The notes: generated by a model not told the origin, from the letters alone. A stretch of DNA of 32,000 bases from Acinetobacter wanghuae (GCF_009557235.1 NZ_CP045650.1:90001-122000); one strand, 5' to 3'; positions 16,658 to 26,330 are shown, counted from the first letter of the stretch. A program made the numbers and translations.

Positions 16658-17359
16658 TTATAGCTCTGTAGTGTCATTCCATAAAAAATAACCCCCATAT
16701 TGACTTGGGCGATATTCACCACCTTTTAATTTTCCTTCGTCTGTTAAAAAGTGCTTTCCATTTTCATTGAGTTTTAGAAAACCTTTCTCAACCAGTTTTT
16801 CGAGAAGATCAGCAGTTTTGAGTTTATGTTTAGCAGCAAGTTTTGATGTGGTTAATTTGCTGAAGTTATTTTCATCTTCATTATCTGTTTCTTCTGTAGT
16901 TGCTGTCTGTTTAACAGCATCAAGCGTGATTCGAACTTCTTCACTAATACGAATAATTCGCTGCGCTTCTTCATACGCATCTTTAAAGACGTCATCATCT
17001 TCATATTTGCGGACAGAAATTCCCATTTCATTATTATTGACTTGGCTAAACTCATAAAGGTTTAAGCTTGAAATAATACATTCAGATTCATTGAGATAGC
17101 ATTTGGCATGTAAGTTCTTACAAAAACTAAGACGAACATAGTCCAGTTTCTGAATCCATTTGATCTCTTCAGGATGTAAGTCACTTTTACCATAGACAAT
17201 ACGGACGTCAATCTTCAGACGATCTTTGTCTTCTAAAAGTTCTTTAATACGATCATTAAGACGTAAATAAGGACTGATGAGAATTAAACGCTCTTTGGCA
17301 TTTTTGATGAGTTCTTCTAAGAAGAAATTCGTTGCGCTCGTGTTTAAGAACTTAGCCAT
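16658..17359 (-). CDS. phospholipase D-family (HxK) nuclease-like protein with an acidic linker and a small basic C-terminal domain
   Basis: 233 aa with a single HKD-type motif, NLHAKCYLNESECIISSLNL (H-x-K-x4-E ... S-S-x-N), as in Nuc/BfiI-type PLD nucleases. No signal peptide. An acidic linker (TEETDNEDENN) is followed by a ~70-aa Lys/Gly-rich tail. A hand count of one 100-nt stretch gave 34 G+C. Confidence 0.7.
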   Translation of the reverse strand: MAKFLNTSATNFFLEELIKNAKERLILISPYLRLNDRIKELLEDKDRLKIDVRIVYGKSDLHPEEIKWIQKLDYVRLSFCKNLHAKCYLNESECIISSLNLYEFSQVNNNEMGISVRKYEDDDVFKDAYEEAQRIIRISEEVRITLDAVKQTATTEETDNEDENNFSKLTTSKLAAKHKLKTADLLEKLVEKGFLKLNENGKHFLTDEGKLKGGEYRPSQYGGYFLWNDTTEL

Positions 17360-17427
17360 TGATCCCCTCGAATGTTATCTCTTATGTTTATTTTATAAGC
17401 ATAAGATATAGGGAAAAGGGGCATCAC

Positions 17428-18159
17428 TCAACCTTTAAAAAATATGCCATTGGCGGAAACATTATGCCCAAAACCACAACCTGAAATGTCTCCACTTTGT
17501 TTTAGTAAAGCACGACGCCCAAGCTTGGCATCAAAGTCAAAAGAAATATCAATATTACAATCATTCACTCGATAGATTTTGCGCGTTTGACCAAGCGGCA
17601 TTGATGTCTCAAAAGTGCCAATGTTTGGTCCATAAATGAGACTACGCGCACCCATATATAGCCCTTCATATTGAATACTGTAGTTATTTTTACTTTGTTG
17701 AATGGTTAAGGTATTCCATTCGCCAAAACCTGCATGTTGTATATATTTACCTGTAATTTGTTTGGTATTTTGAGGTGTTGGCAACTGTTTTAAATTGAAT
17801 TGACTCATACTCGACTCAGGATATGCCAAGTACCAAGCCCGCGCCAATTGTGCTTTGCCTAATTTGGCATAGCCTAAACCGACATTATTAAAGGCAAGTT
17901 CAACGTCACGTTGTTTCATCCGGATGCCACTTTCATCTTCATTCAGCAGGCAAAACCCACTCCATGAAGCTTGCTGTTTAAATTGTTCAATTGCTTTTGT
18001 ATATTGTTTTTGATCGTAGAATTTTTTGCCCTGATAGGCATAAGTTTTTACTTTGGCACAACCTTGTTTTAGTTCTTGTGCAAAGCTAATTTCGGCATGT
18101 GTCGCGGTCGCAAGCGCAAGGTATAAGGCACTCGCTAAAACTATTTTATTCATCATCAT
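17428..18159 (-). CDS. secreted hypothetical protein (N-terminal TPR-like helices, C-terminal beta-rich domain)
   Basis: 243 aa with a signal peptide, MMMNKIVLASALYLALATATHAE. No family recognised. Confidence 0.6.
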   Translation of the reverse strand: MMMNKIVLASALYLALATATHAEISFAQELKQGCAKVKTYAYQGKKFYDQKQYTKAIEQFKQQASWSGFCLLNEDESGIRMKQRDVELAFNNVGLGYAKLGKAQLARAWYLAYPESSMSQFNLKQLPTPQNTKQITGKYIQHAGFGEWNTLTIQQSKNNYSIQYEGLYMGARSLIYGPNIGTFETSMPLGQTRKIYRVNDCNIDISFDFDAKLGRRALLKQSGDISGCGFGHNVSANGIFFKG

Positions 18160-18357
18160 GATTCGTTATCGATTGCTTTATTCATAGCAAATAAATAAAG
18201 CAAAGAACAGCGATGCGTTGTCTTATTTTGTTAGACCGATCAGGCGTTCTATGCGCAGCATAAAGCTTAGCCGGCATCACAGGTTTGTTCGTATTTTCAA
18301 TATTTCAGATGAAGATGAAATGAAGGGTATGACCTATATTCATCAAAATTTTGACAT

Positions 18358-18382
18358 AAAAAAAGCAGAACCGAAGTTCTGC
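18358..18382 (-). terminator. intrinsic terminator of the Tsx-like gene
   Basis: Minus strand reads GCAGAAC-UUCG-GUUCUGC followed by UUUUUUU. Confidence 0.85.
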
Positions 18383-18399
18383 CTGTGAGCAAATATCAA

Positions 18400-19122
18400 T
18401 TAAAAATGATATTTAACCAATGCGCTGACATCATGTTGATCAATGTCTGTGCCGTATTTATTATTCCAAACTGAATGCTCAATACCGACATACAGCTTAG
18501 TCTCAGGAGAAATGTGTTTACCAACATTCCATTTGTATTGAGACGTCCAGTTTAATTCGCTCTTATGATCAGGACCTTCAGCAGTTGACCAATCTAGGAA
18601 AGCATCTGCTAAGAATTCTTCACCAGCAATTTTAAATGGAACCGCATAAGTGATAGTCATTTGATAATCATCTTTTTGCAGGTCATTTTCAGCTTTGTAG
18701 AAGTTGATATTGGCATAGCTCGTGTATGGAATATCTAAAGAGAAACCAAAACCGTATAAGTAATTATTGAAGCTTGAGCCACCTTCCCAAGTGGTTGCAA
18801 CCAATACATCTTTGATTGGACCAAGTTCAAGTTTTTGACCTGTAACAGCACCAAGGCTAACACGTGGTGAAACTTCGAAGTAAGTCTCATTACCTGCATC
18901 TGTATTGCTACGGTCAGCGAAAGCGAAGAAATCGCCATACTTTAAGCCAGCAGCATATTCAGCAGTAATTGTTGATTGTTCAACATCATCACCAGCACCT
19001 GGATATGCATAATTTTCGCCATAAAGTGCAGTTAAGCTAAAGTCTTGCCATACAGGTGCAGCTTGTGCCACTGCAACAGTTGAAGCCAATGCACAAAGTG
19101 CCGCAATTTGTTTAATTTTCAT
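18400..19122 (-). CDS. tsx: Tsx/OmpK-family nucleoside-specific outer-membrane channel
   Basis: 240 aa with a signal peptide ending AQA. It has an alternating beta-strand pattern, aromatic girdles and a C-terminal KYHF. The overall sequence resembles OmpK/Tsx as I remember them. Confidence 0.7.
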   Translation of the reverse strand: MKIKQIAALCALASTVAVAQAAPVWQDFSLTALYGENYAYPGAGDDVEQSTITAEYAAGLKYGDFFAFADRSNTDAGNETYFEVSPRVSLGAVTGQKLELGPIKDVLVATTWEGGSSFNNYLYGFGFSLDIPYTSYANINFYKAENDLQKDDYQMTITYAVPFKIAGEEFLADAFLDWSTAEGPDHKSELNWTSQYKWNVGKHISPETKLYVGIEHSVWNNKYGTDIDQHDVSALVKYHF

Positions 19123-19664
19123 GAAATTCTTACCCCCAAAGAAAGCAGAATAAGCATACAGATTAATAAGTAAAAATAAAGTGTGATTCGACCATCGAAC
19201 GAAAAATATTCGAAAAATGGCTTATGGTCGTATGTTTTATCAGCAGATTTACTGGTGTTTAGCATAAGTTACAGCTAAATCTCATTCATCAAAATATCTT
19301 AAAAGTAAGCGTGCTTGCCATGCAGACCTATTTTTTAGATTAAAAAACCTGAATTGGTTTACATAAAAAGGCAAAGTGGGGCATTGTTTGAAGGTCAAGT
19401 TATGGCTTGAGTAAGGAGTTGTCACATCACGTTATGCTTTTGCTAAAAATCTAAAAATACTGCTTGCAAAATTTTCAGATACAGCCGATATTCGAAGTAT
19501 AAGGACACCGTTCTGCAGACTCAAAAAAGTGTTCATCATTCAAAGTGGAGGGTAACGACCAAAACGACTTGAATAAATGAAATGCGATATAAAACAGTAA
19601 TCTATAAGTGTGCCAAGTGAAAAACTTTGCACAAAAAAGTTACAAAGATTGAGGATGGTAATTT

Positions 19665-20024
19665 ATGAACATTGAGCTTCGTACAGATAAAAATATTCAA
19701 AATAGTGATCGTCTAATTGCATACGTAAATGCCGAATTAAATCAAGAATTCCAACGCCACAGTGAGCGTATTACCCATTTCTCAGTTCATCTTAGTGATG
19801 AAAACGGTCCCAAAGGTGGCGCAGAAGATATTCGCTGCATGATTGAAGCACGTCCAGCAGGCATTAAACCTGTCGTAGTGAATCATCGCGGTCATAATAT
19901 TGCGACTGCTATTCACGGTGCAATTGATCGCCTTAAACGCAGTATCGAGCATGCAATTGAGAAAAAAGACAATGTGCGCACCACGCCACTCGAATTAGCG
20001 CCTGAAGCTGACATTGAACAATAA
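19665..20024 (+). CDS. HPF/RaiA-family ribosome-associated protein (short form)
   Basis: 119 aa. The pattern MNIELR...LIAYVNAEL...ITHFSVHLSDENGPKGGAEDIRCMIEARPAG...AIHGAIDRLKRSIE fits the S30EA / sigma-54 modulation protein fold family. GAGGA RBS. Confidence 0.65.
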   Translation: MNIELRTDKNIQNSDRLIAYVNAELNQEFQRHSERITHFSVHLSDENGPKGGAEDIRCMIEARPAGIKPVVVNHRGHNIATAIHGAIDRLKRSIEHAIEKKDNVRTTPLELAPEADIEQ

Positions 20025-20040
20025 AGAATAGATTCTTATA

Positions 20041-20062
20041 AAAGCCCTGCGGGGCTTTTTTT
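20041..20062 (+). terminator. intrinsic terminator after the HPF-like gene
   Basis: AAAGCCC-tgcg-GGGCTTT followed by TTTT. Confidence 0.8.
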
Positions 20063-20152
20063 ACATAAAAAACAAATATAGTTGGCTTAGGCGAAAACAA
20101 AATCCTGTTTATTCGGCATAATAGCCGAAAACGAATTGAAGTGAGTTCCATC

Positions 20153-20695
20153 ATGTTAACGGCGCAACAACAGCTTTTTGTGCAAGCACTCGAAGAATTA
20201 AACTTAACCCAAGTCAAACAACTCTTAGCAGATGGACTCAATCCAAATTTTATTGATTTTGAAAAAGGTCCTGTGATTTCAGTTTGGTCAGATGGCTTAT
20301 TTAAATGGTGGGAAGAGATTTGCGAAGCCTATGAAGCGGGTACACCACTTAGCGCTGAACAAAAACAAGCCAATTTAGCGGTTCATCTTGAAATTTTGGA
20401 AGCGTTAATTGCAGCAGAAGTCAATTTACACCTTTGGGATGCAGAAGAAATTTATGGTCCACTTTGGGATGCAGCGAGTGCAGCATGTGCGCCTGCAGTA
20501 CAACGCTTGCTTGATGAAAAAGTAGATCCCAATAGCAAAGATGAAGATGGTTTAACTATTTTATCTTCGATCAGTGATTTATTCTTTGACTGTGATTTCG
20601 ATGAAATTAATTGGTCAGAAGCATTAGATGAAGAAAAACAAACACTTGAACTCTTGCGTAACCATGGCGCAAAAATGACCAAAGAAATCAGTTAA
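20153..20695 (+). CDS. ankyrin-repeat-like protein
   Basis: The tracked ORF opens at GTG 20141; the first ATG is 20153 (MLTAQQQ...). ANK-like repeats are visible (VKQLLADGLNPNF; APAVQRLLDEKVDPNSKDEDGLTILS). No signal peptide. Confidence 0.5.
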   Translation: MLTAQQQLFVQALEELNLTQVKQLLADGLNPNFIDFEKGPVISVWSDGLFKWWEEICEAYEAGTPLSAEQKQANLAVHLEILEALIAAEVNLHLWDAEEIYGPLWDAASAACAPAVQRLLDEKVDPNSKDEDGLTILSSISDLFFDCDFDEINWSEALDEEKQTLELLRNHGAKMTKEIS

Positions 20696-20709
20696 TTAGG
20701 TAAGACAAT

Positions 20710-21465
20710 ATGACAACACTTAAGACACTTGCATGTATTGCTTTGGCAACGAGCAGCGCCCAGATTTTTGCAGCCGAATTTGAATTTGATCGCCCGGGTA
20801 CGGGTTTTGGGACATCAACAACGCCCGTAGGACGTTTGGCATGGGAGCAGTCTTTACCGACCGCAAGCTATGTCAAATCTGGTAATGAAACCACCACAAC
20901 CTTAAATGCTGACATGTTATTGCGTACCGGTTTAACTGATAGCTTAGAGCTACAACTCGGTTGGGATGGTCCGGCATGGTCTAAAACCAAAACTGCAGGC
21001 GTATCATCTGAGCAAGATGGTTTGGGTGATGTCAGTATTGGTCTGAAAAAAGCAATTGATTTACAAGATGACAAATTATCGCTTGCTGTATTGGCACAAG
21101 CTGTCATTGCTACAGGCAATAGCGAGTTCTCTAATCGCAACGATATTTATACACTCGGCTCAACCGTAGCGTATCAATACAATGATGATGTGGATACATC
21201 CATCAGTATGTTCTACGAATGGCAAGACAGCCATTGGGCAATCACGGCTGTACCGACGTTGCAGTATAAAATTGCGGGTGATTGGTCAGGTTTTTCTGAG
21301 TTGGTGTATCGTAAAGCTGAAAGTCAAGACAATGAATATGGCTTAGGCACAGGTGTGATGTATGCCTTAAATGAGCGTACTCAACTAGATGCGAGTGTGG
21401 GCGTGGACTTAGAAGGTTCAGCACGAAGCTACAATGCGGGTCTAGGTGTTTCATTCTTATTTTAA
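20710..21465 (+). CDS. outer-membrane beta-barrel protein (MetA-pathway / 'transporter' OMP family-like)
   Basis: 251 aa with a signal peptide (ALATSSAQIFA) and alternating amphipathic strands. It ends GVSFLF, with the C-terminal Phe typical of OMPs. Confidence 0.6.
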   Translation: MTTLKTLACIALATSSAQIFAAEFEFDRPGTGFGTSTTPVGRLAWEQSLPTASYVKSGNETTTTLNADMLLRTGLTDSLELQLGWDGPAWSKTKTAGVSSEQDGLGDVSIGLKKAIDLQDDKLSLAVLAQAVIATGNSEFSNRNDIYTLGSTVAYQYNDDVDTSISMFYEWQDSHWAITAVPTLQYKIAGDWSGFSELVYRKAESQDNEYGLGTGVMYALNERTQLDASVGVDLEGSARSYNAGLGVSFLF

Positions 21466-21490
21466 AGCATAACTTGAAGGATTAGTCTTG

Positions 21491-23293
21491 ATGACTTGGG
21501 GAAAACAGCTGACTTATGTCAGTCTAGCATTGGGTATGTTGAGTAGCATGAGTTATGCTGAAACAGCGTTACTCAGTGCTGAACAAGCGCTTCCCATTCA
21601 AGTCATCTCGACCAGTCAACAGCAAGCTGAACTGCGTTGGGATATTCCTGAACAGTATTATTTATATCAGCATAAAATAGGGGTTAAGCAAGGGGCTGAA
21701 CAGCTCAAGCTCGATTTACCACCTGCCGAAAAACTCTATGATGAAAACTATGGGCAAGTCCAAGTTTATTATCAGCAACTAAAACTGAATATTCCCACAC
21801 AAGCTGGGCAAAAATATCAGGTGACGTGGCAGGGCTGTGCCAAAGATCGCATTTGCTATCCACCTCAAACCATTGAATTTAATACCGACCTTTCAGGCTT
21901 AGTTCAGCTTGAGCAGCCGACAACATCCCAAAAACGCTTTAGCGATTTAGTGACATCCTCAAATGATCATGCTGTAAATACGACGACTGCGTTTGCAGAT
22001 TCAGCGACTGCTTCTGATGTGGCGAATACATCTGTAGAAAATGATGCGGCACAAGACCAAAAATGGTCAGCACGTTTGGCAGATTCGTCTTTTGCCTATG
22101 GGATATTGTTATTTTTTGGCTTAGGTATTTTACTGGCATTTACACCGTGTTCATTGCCGATGCTACCGATTTTAAGCTCATTGATTGTTCGTGATCGTAA
22201 AGGGCTGAATGCAGGACTGATTGCCTTTACATTTGTGAGCAGTATGGCATTGATCTATGCCATTTTAGGTCTCATTGCGTCATCAGCGGGCTTGAATTTT
22301 CAGCGCTGGTTACAACAACCGAGTACCTTAATTGCCTTTAGTTCACTGTTTGTCTTATTCGCCCTAAATTTATTTGGATTGTTTGAAATCAAATTGCCGC
22401 AAGCACTGACGCATCGTCTCGATCGCGCTCAAGCCATGCAAAAAGGTGGTAGTTTGATCAGCGCAAGCATTATGGGTATGCTCTCTGCGCTCTTGGTTGG
22501 ACCTTGTATGACCGCGCCACTTGCAGGGGCATTACTGTTTATCTCGCAAACCCAAAGTCAGTGGCAGGGCGCTTTACTGTTATTTGTACTGGGCTTTGGT
22601 ATGGGTACACCCCTGTTACTCGCCAGTATTTTAGGTTCACGCATTTTGCCTAAAGCAGGCGATTGGATGAATCAAATTAAAGTGTTGTTTGCATTTATTA
22701 TGCTCGCGGTAGCGCTTTATTTTGTTCGTCCACTGATTTCAGCCGCAACCTTGCAATGGCTATCCTTGGTGCTCGGCATCGTATTTGTAGCTTATGTATT
22801 GCGCCAACTGTTTAAGCAGAGCGGTCTGCGTTGGCTATATATTCTCTGTTTAATCACGGCTGTTCCTTATATTGCCTATAGTCAATATCAGCATAGTCAG
22901 CGGTTTTTTATCACAGCGCAGTCAACTCAAGCCCAATGGCATGTGGCGACCACCGCAGCTGATTTCGAGCGTATCTTGGCAAGTGTGCCAAAGGGGCAGC
23001 GGATTATTATTGATGTCTATGCGGATTGGTGCGTGGCATGTCAGCCCATCGAACAAGGCATTCTAAAAAATCCAAACGTACAACACGCATTGGCGCCTTA
23101 CTTTTTGATTAAATTGGATTTGAGCCAATATGATCAAACTCATCAAGCTTTGCTAAATCAATGGGATATTTTGGGTCCACCGACTTACTTGTTTTTAGAT
23201 GATAGACACAAAGAAATTCGTGGTTTACGTTTAACGGGTGCCTTTAGTCAAAACGAATTACTCGCACAACTAGCCCGCTTTAAAGTGTCATAA
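21491..23293 (+). CDS. dsbD: thiol:disulfide interchange protein DsbD
   Basis: Three-domain layout. The periplasmic N-domain has a Cys pair (QGCAKDRICYPP). The membrane core has FTPCSLPMLP and VGPCMTAPLAG. The C-terminal thioredoxin fold has DWCVACQ. ATG at 21491 (the tracked ORF opens at TTG 21488). Confidence 0.9.
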   Translation: MTWGKQLTYVSLALGMLSSMSYAETALLSAEQALPIQVISTSQQQAELRWDIPEQYYLYQHKIGVKQGAEQLKLDLPPAEKLYDENYGQVQVYYQQLKLNIPTQAGQKYQVTWQGCAKDRICYPPQTIEFNTDLSGLVQLEQPTTSQKRFSDLVTSSNDHAVNTTTAFADSATASDVANTSVENDAAQDQKWSARLADSSFAYGILLFFGLGILLAFTPCSLPMLPILSSLIVRDRKGLNAGLIAFTFVSSMALIYAILGLIASSAGLNFQRWLQQPSTLIAFSSLFVLFALNLFGLFEIKLPQALTHRLDRAQAMQKGGSLISASIMGMLSALLVGPCMTAPLAGALLFISQTQSQWQGALLLFVLGFGMGTPLLLASILGSRILPKAGDWMNQIKVLFAFIMLAVALYFVRPLISAATLQWLSLVLGIVFVAYVLRQLFKQSGLRWLYILCLITAVPYIAYSQYQHSQRFFITAQSTQAQWHVATTAADFERILASVPKGQRIIIDVYADWCVACQPIEQGILKNPNVQHALAPYFLIKLDLSQYDQTHQALLNQWDILGPPTYLFLDDRHKEIRGLRLTGAFSQNELLAQLARFKVS

Positions 23294-23342
23294 AATGCAG
23301 ATTCCGCAATAGATCAACTTGCTATAGATGATGCGTTTTGTA

Positions 23343-24554
23343 TTAAATCGCTTTTACCTGTTTGGCATGCAGATTAGACTCAAGCGCAATCGTATAGCAT
23401 TTGACTAAATTTCGCCCCGATGCCTTGGCATAATACAGGGCTTTATCGGCTTGGCTCAGCAATTGTTGCGGGCGAAGCTCAGGCTTAGAGATTGCAATCC
23501 CAAAACTGGCAGTCACGTGAATGATCTCGCCTTCATCGCTTAAAATTTTAAGCTGTTGAATCGCGCTACGGCAACGTTCAGCCACTTGTTGCGCTTTCTC
23601 TAGACTCGAGTTTTTCAGAATTAAAATAAATTCCTCTCCCCCAAAACGTCCGACAATATCACTTTCACGTAATTGTTGATTCAGTACGTCACTGACTTTA
23701 ATGAGCGTTTCATCACCCTTATGATGGCCGTAGAAATCATTAATGCGTTTGAAATAATCTAAATCGAGTAATACCACAGCATAATCATTTTTTTGAGCAT
23801 CATTTAACTTGTCCAAACACTGATTAATGCTACGTCGGTTAAATAAACTGGTCAGCGGGTCAATCTGACTTAAATGCTGAATGAGTTTTTCTCGATGTCG
23901 CCATTGGCTCAGAAGAATTTCAAACAACATCATGCAAACGGCCAAAATCGGTACGATGAAATAAAACATCGACAACAACCAAAAGCCATTGTAGAAAAAC
24001 TTGTTTTGAATATTAAACAGTGGTGAATAAGGCAATTGACCGATGAAACACAGATAACCACAGATGCTTAGAAAAATCGAGGCGGGAATCAGCATGCTGT
24101 AGACCAACTTGCGGTGGAACAAGACCAAACCGACAGTGACCAAGCACACGTAAGCAATCATGGCCACGGGGCTAACCACACCCACAATATAAGCATCACG
24201 ACACAGTGAAAAAACAAAGATACCCACCGCAAGATAAGGCAAGAAGCTTTCGACCTTGCGATTGTTTTGATATTTATAACAGGGATAAATCAAAAATAAT
24301 AAAATGAAAAAGAACAGGCTATTTAAAAACAATTGTGAGCGAACAATGTCCACATTGACGAACTGCCAATATTCGGGACTGAATAAGACAAAAATATCCC
24401 ATGCCAACCAACTCAGATGTACAGCACAGCCGAGAACAAGGATCAGGATGCATTTTTTCAGGACGCTCCAATTCATGACGACATCGTCTTCAAAAAGATA
24501 TTTCGCGACTTTTTGTTTCACTAGCGCTCGAAACATAGGCGAGATTCGCTTCAT
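23343..24554 (-). CDS. membrane-anchored diguanylate cyclase (GGDEF domain)
   Basis: 403 aa. The N-terminal half has ~6 hydrophobic helices. The C-terminal GGDEF domain has RFGGEEFILIL and RxxD-like context. Confidence 0.85.
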   Translation of the reverse strand: MKRISPMFRALVKQKVAKYLFEDDVVMNWSVLKKCILILVLGCAVHLSWLAWDIFVLFSPEYWQFVNVDIVRSQLFLNSLFFFILLFLIYPCYKYQNNRKVESFLPYLAVGIFVFSLCRDAYIVGVVSPVAMIAYVCLVTVGLVLFHRKLVYSMLIPASIFLSICGYLCFIGQLPYSPLFNIQNKFFYNGFWLLSMFYFIVPILAVCMMLFEILLSQWRHREKLIQHLSQIDPLTSLFNRRSINQCLDKLNDAQKNDYAVVLLDLDYFKRINDFYGHHKGDETLIKVSDVLNQQLRESDIVGRFGGEEFILILKNSSLEKAQQVAERCRSAIQQLKILSDEGEIIHVTASFGIAISKPELRPQQLLSQADKALYYAKASGRNLVKCYTIALESNLHAKQVKAI

Positions 24555-24751
24555 ACAATGCTTTTAGCCTTGAAGTTTGTTATGAGAATTTTGAATCTTT
24601 ATTAAAATTAAATCTGTTTATAGTCACAAAGATAACATGAAATAAATGATTTTATAATGATTAATATTTGGTCTAATTAAAAATAATATTGAGGCAGTGT
24701 TTTTTTTGCTTTTGGGTGTTATTTATACATCTTTAAAAAGGCTCATAGCAT

Positions 24752-24785
24752 AAAAAAGGCAATGTTCATGAACCATGACATTGCC
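24752..24785 (-). terminator. intrinsic terminator of the esterase gene
   Basis: Plus strand reads GGCAATGTTCATG-aac-CATGACATTGCC (12-bp stem with one bulge). On the minus strand it is followed by UUUUUU. Confidence 0.8.
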
Positions 24786-24804
24786 GTTGAATGATGAATA
24801 AAAC

Positions 24805-25716
24805 TTAGTCTTTATCTAAACGATGAGCAAAGTCGGATAAATCCGCTAAGGCTTGTTTGGCTTCATTAAACCATGCACTGAACATTTGGAAGTTATGCCA
24901 CATACCGGTATAAATTTTGAACTCAACATCGACTTTGGCTTTTTCGGCTTTTTCTTTGAAGCGCTGAGCATCATCAAGTAGGATCTCTTTTGAGCCGACT
25001 TGAATATGAATCGGAGGTAAGCCGCTTAAATCGGCAAAGAAGGGTGATATTTCAGGATCGCTCCGATCCATTGATTTGGGTACATAATAATCTATGCCGG
25101 CTTCTAAGGTTTCGATCGATAGCAACGCATCATGTGTGTTGTTGTATCGTAAAGAGGGACTGCTTAAGGTCAGATCTAAAAAAGGCGAGAGCAGAATTAA
25201 ACCACTCGGCTGAGGACGCTGCTGTTTTTGAATTTTTAATGCCAAAGCGAGCGCTAAATTTGCACCGCAAGAATCGCCCGATAAAATAATATCTTTGGCT
25301 TTTATGCCTTGATTTAGCAGCGTTTCATAGACATCAAATAAAGCATCTAACGCTTCTGGATACATGGACTCTGGTGCAAGCGGATAGTCAACATGCAACA
25401 CTTGCATTTGGGTGCGCGCTGCAATTTGGGTCATAAAAGCACGATGCGTATTCATTGAGCCGAGGAAGAATGCACCGCCATGAATATGAAAAATTAACTG
25501 GGTCGCTTCTTGCTGCGGCTTGATTTCTTCTGCTTTTAAGCCCGCCAGTCTTAAGCTGCGAATCTCAATATTGTCAGCCTTTGGAAAGAGTTTACATAGC
25601 TGTTCCAATGCCATACGGACAGTGGCAGGGGGTAAATTAAAGCGACTTGGAGCGCGGATAGCGGTCTTTAAAAAACGCTCAGTCATTAATTGTTTAGTCA
25701 GTGGGCTGATATTCAT
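24805..25716 (-). CDS. alpha/beta hydrolase, hormone-sensitive-lipase-type esterase
   Basis: 303 aa with an oxyanion motif HGGAF and a nucleophile elbow GDSCG (GDSAG-type). Catalytic His context GMWHNF. Confidence 0.85.
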   Translation of the reverse strand: MNISPLTKQLMTERFLKTAIRAPSRFNLPPATVRMALEQLCKLFPKADNIEIRSLRLAGLKAEEIKPQQEATQLIFHIHGGAFFLGSMNTHRAFMTQIAARTQMQVLHVDYPLAPESMYPEALDALFDVYETLLNQGIKAKDIILSGDSCGANLALALALKIQKQQRPQPSGLILLSPFLDLTLSSPSLRYNNTHDALLSIETLEAGIDYYVPKSMDRSDPEISPFFADLSGLPPIHIQVGSKEILLDDAQRFKEKAEKAKVDVEFKIYTGMWHNFQMFSAWFNEAKQALADLSDFAHRLDKD

Positions 25717-25874
25717 GTTATTTCCGTCTTTTTATGCTTATATTGCAATTGTGGATTATTTACCAAGAATATTTACAAGGTTACACTAAATAGTCACACG
25801 CAAAAATTGAATAATTGTTGTGACTTTTTAATACTACATTGGTCTACTCACCAGACTTAGGGAAATAAACAAAA

Positions 25875-26312
25875 ATGAAAAAAATTGCGCTCGCTTTAGG
25901 ATTATTAGGTTTAACCGCATTTGCCAATGCAGCTGATCCTTTAAATGGCACAGTATGGAAAACAATTGATGACAAGACCAATCAACCCAAAGCCATTGTA
26001 AAATTTACTGAACAAAAGAACGGCACATTGTCTGCTAGCATTCAACAGGTCTTAACGCCAGGTGAAGAAAAAGCATGTTCAAAATGTGAAGGTCCATTCC
26101 ACAACAAATCTTTAAAAGGCTTAACCATTGTTAAAGGTTTGAAAAATAAAGGTGGAACACAGTATGCAGACGGTCAAATTCTTGACCCAAGCTCTGGCAA
26201 AACATACAAACTTAAAGGTAATGTTGCTGAAGGTGGCAATAAACTCGAACTTCGCGGCTTCATCGGTGTGGCAGCGTTAGGTCGTAACCAAACATGGATT
26301 CGTGCAAACTAA
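25875..26312 (+). CDS. DUF2147 domain-containing periplasmic protein
   Basis: 145 aa with a signal peptide (LTAFANA). Characteristic GQILDPSSGKTYKLKG ... LELRGFIGVAALGRNQTWIR. Confidence 0.75.
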   Translation: MKKIALALGLLGLTAFANAADPLNGTVWKTIDDKTNQPKAIVKFTEQKNGTLSASIQQVLTPGEEKACSKCEGPFHNKSLKGLTIVKGLKNKGGTQYADGQILDPSSGKTYKLKGNVAEGGNKLELRGFIGVAALGRNQTWIRAN

Positions 26313-26330
26313 TGTGCATGAAGCTCATCA

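Noticed and set aside
17359-17428. Idea that the secreted 243-aa protein and the PLD gene form a two-gene system
   Set aside because: One product is exported and the other is cytoplasmic. A 68-bp spacer between them contains a plausible promoter (TATAAA) for the PLD gene. Nothing in the sequence links them functionally. Only synteny conservation could revive this idea.
19200-19260. Tiny ORFs in the Tsx/HPF spacer (e.g. MAYGRMFYQQIYWCLA, 16 aa; MLLLKI, 6 aa)
   Set aside because: They have no proper RBS spacing, are very short, and carry no recognisable toxin or leader-peptide features. Chance occurrence is likely.
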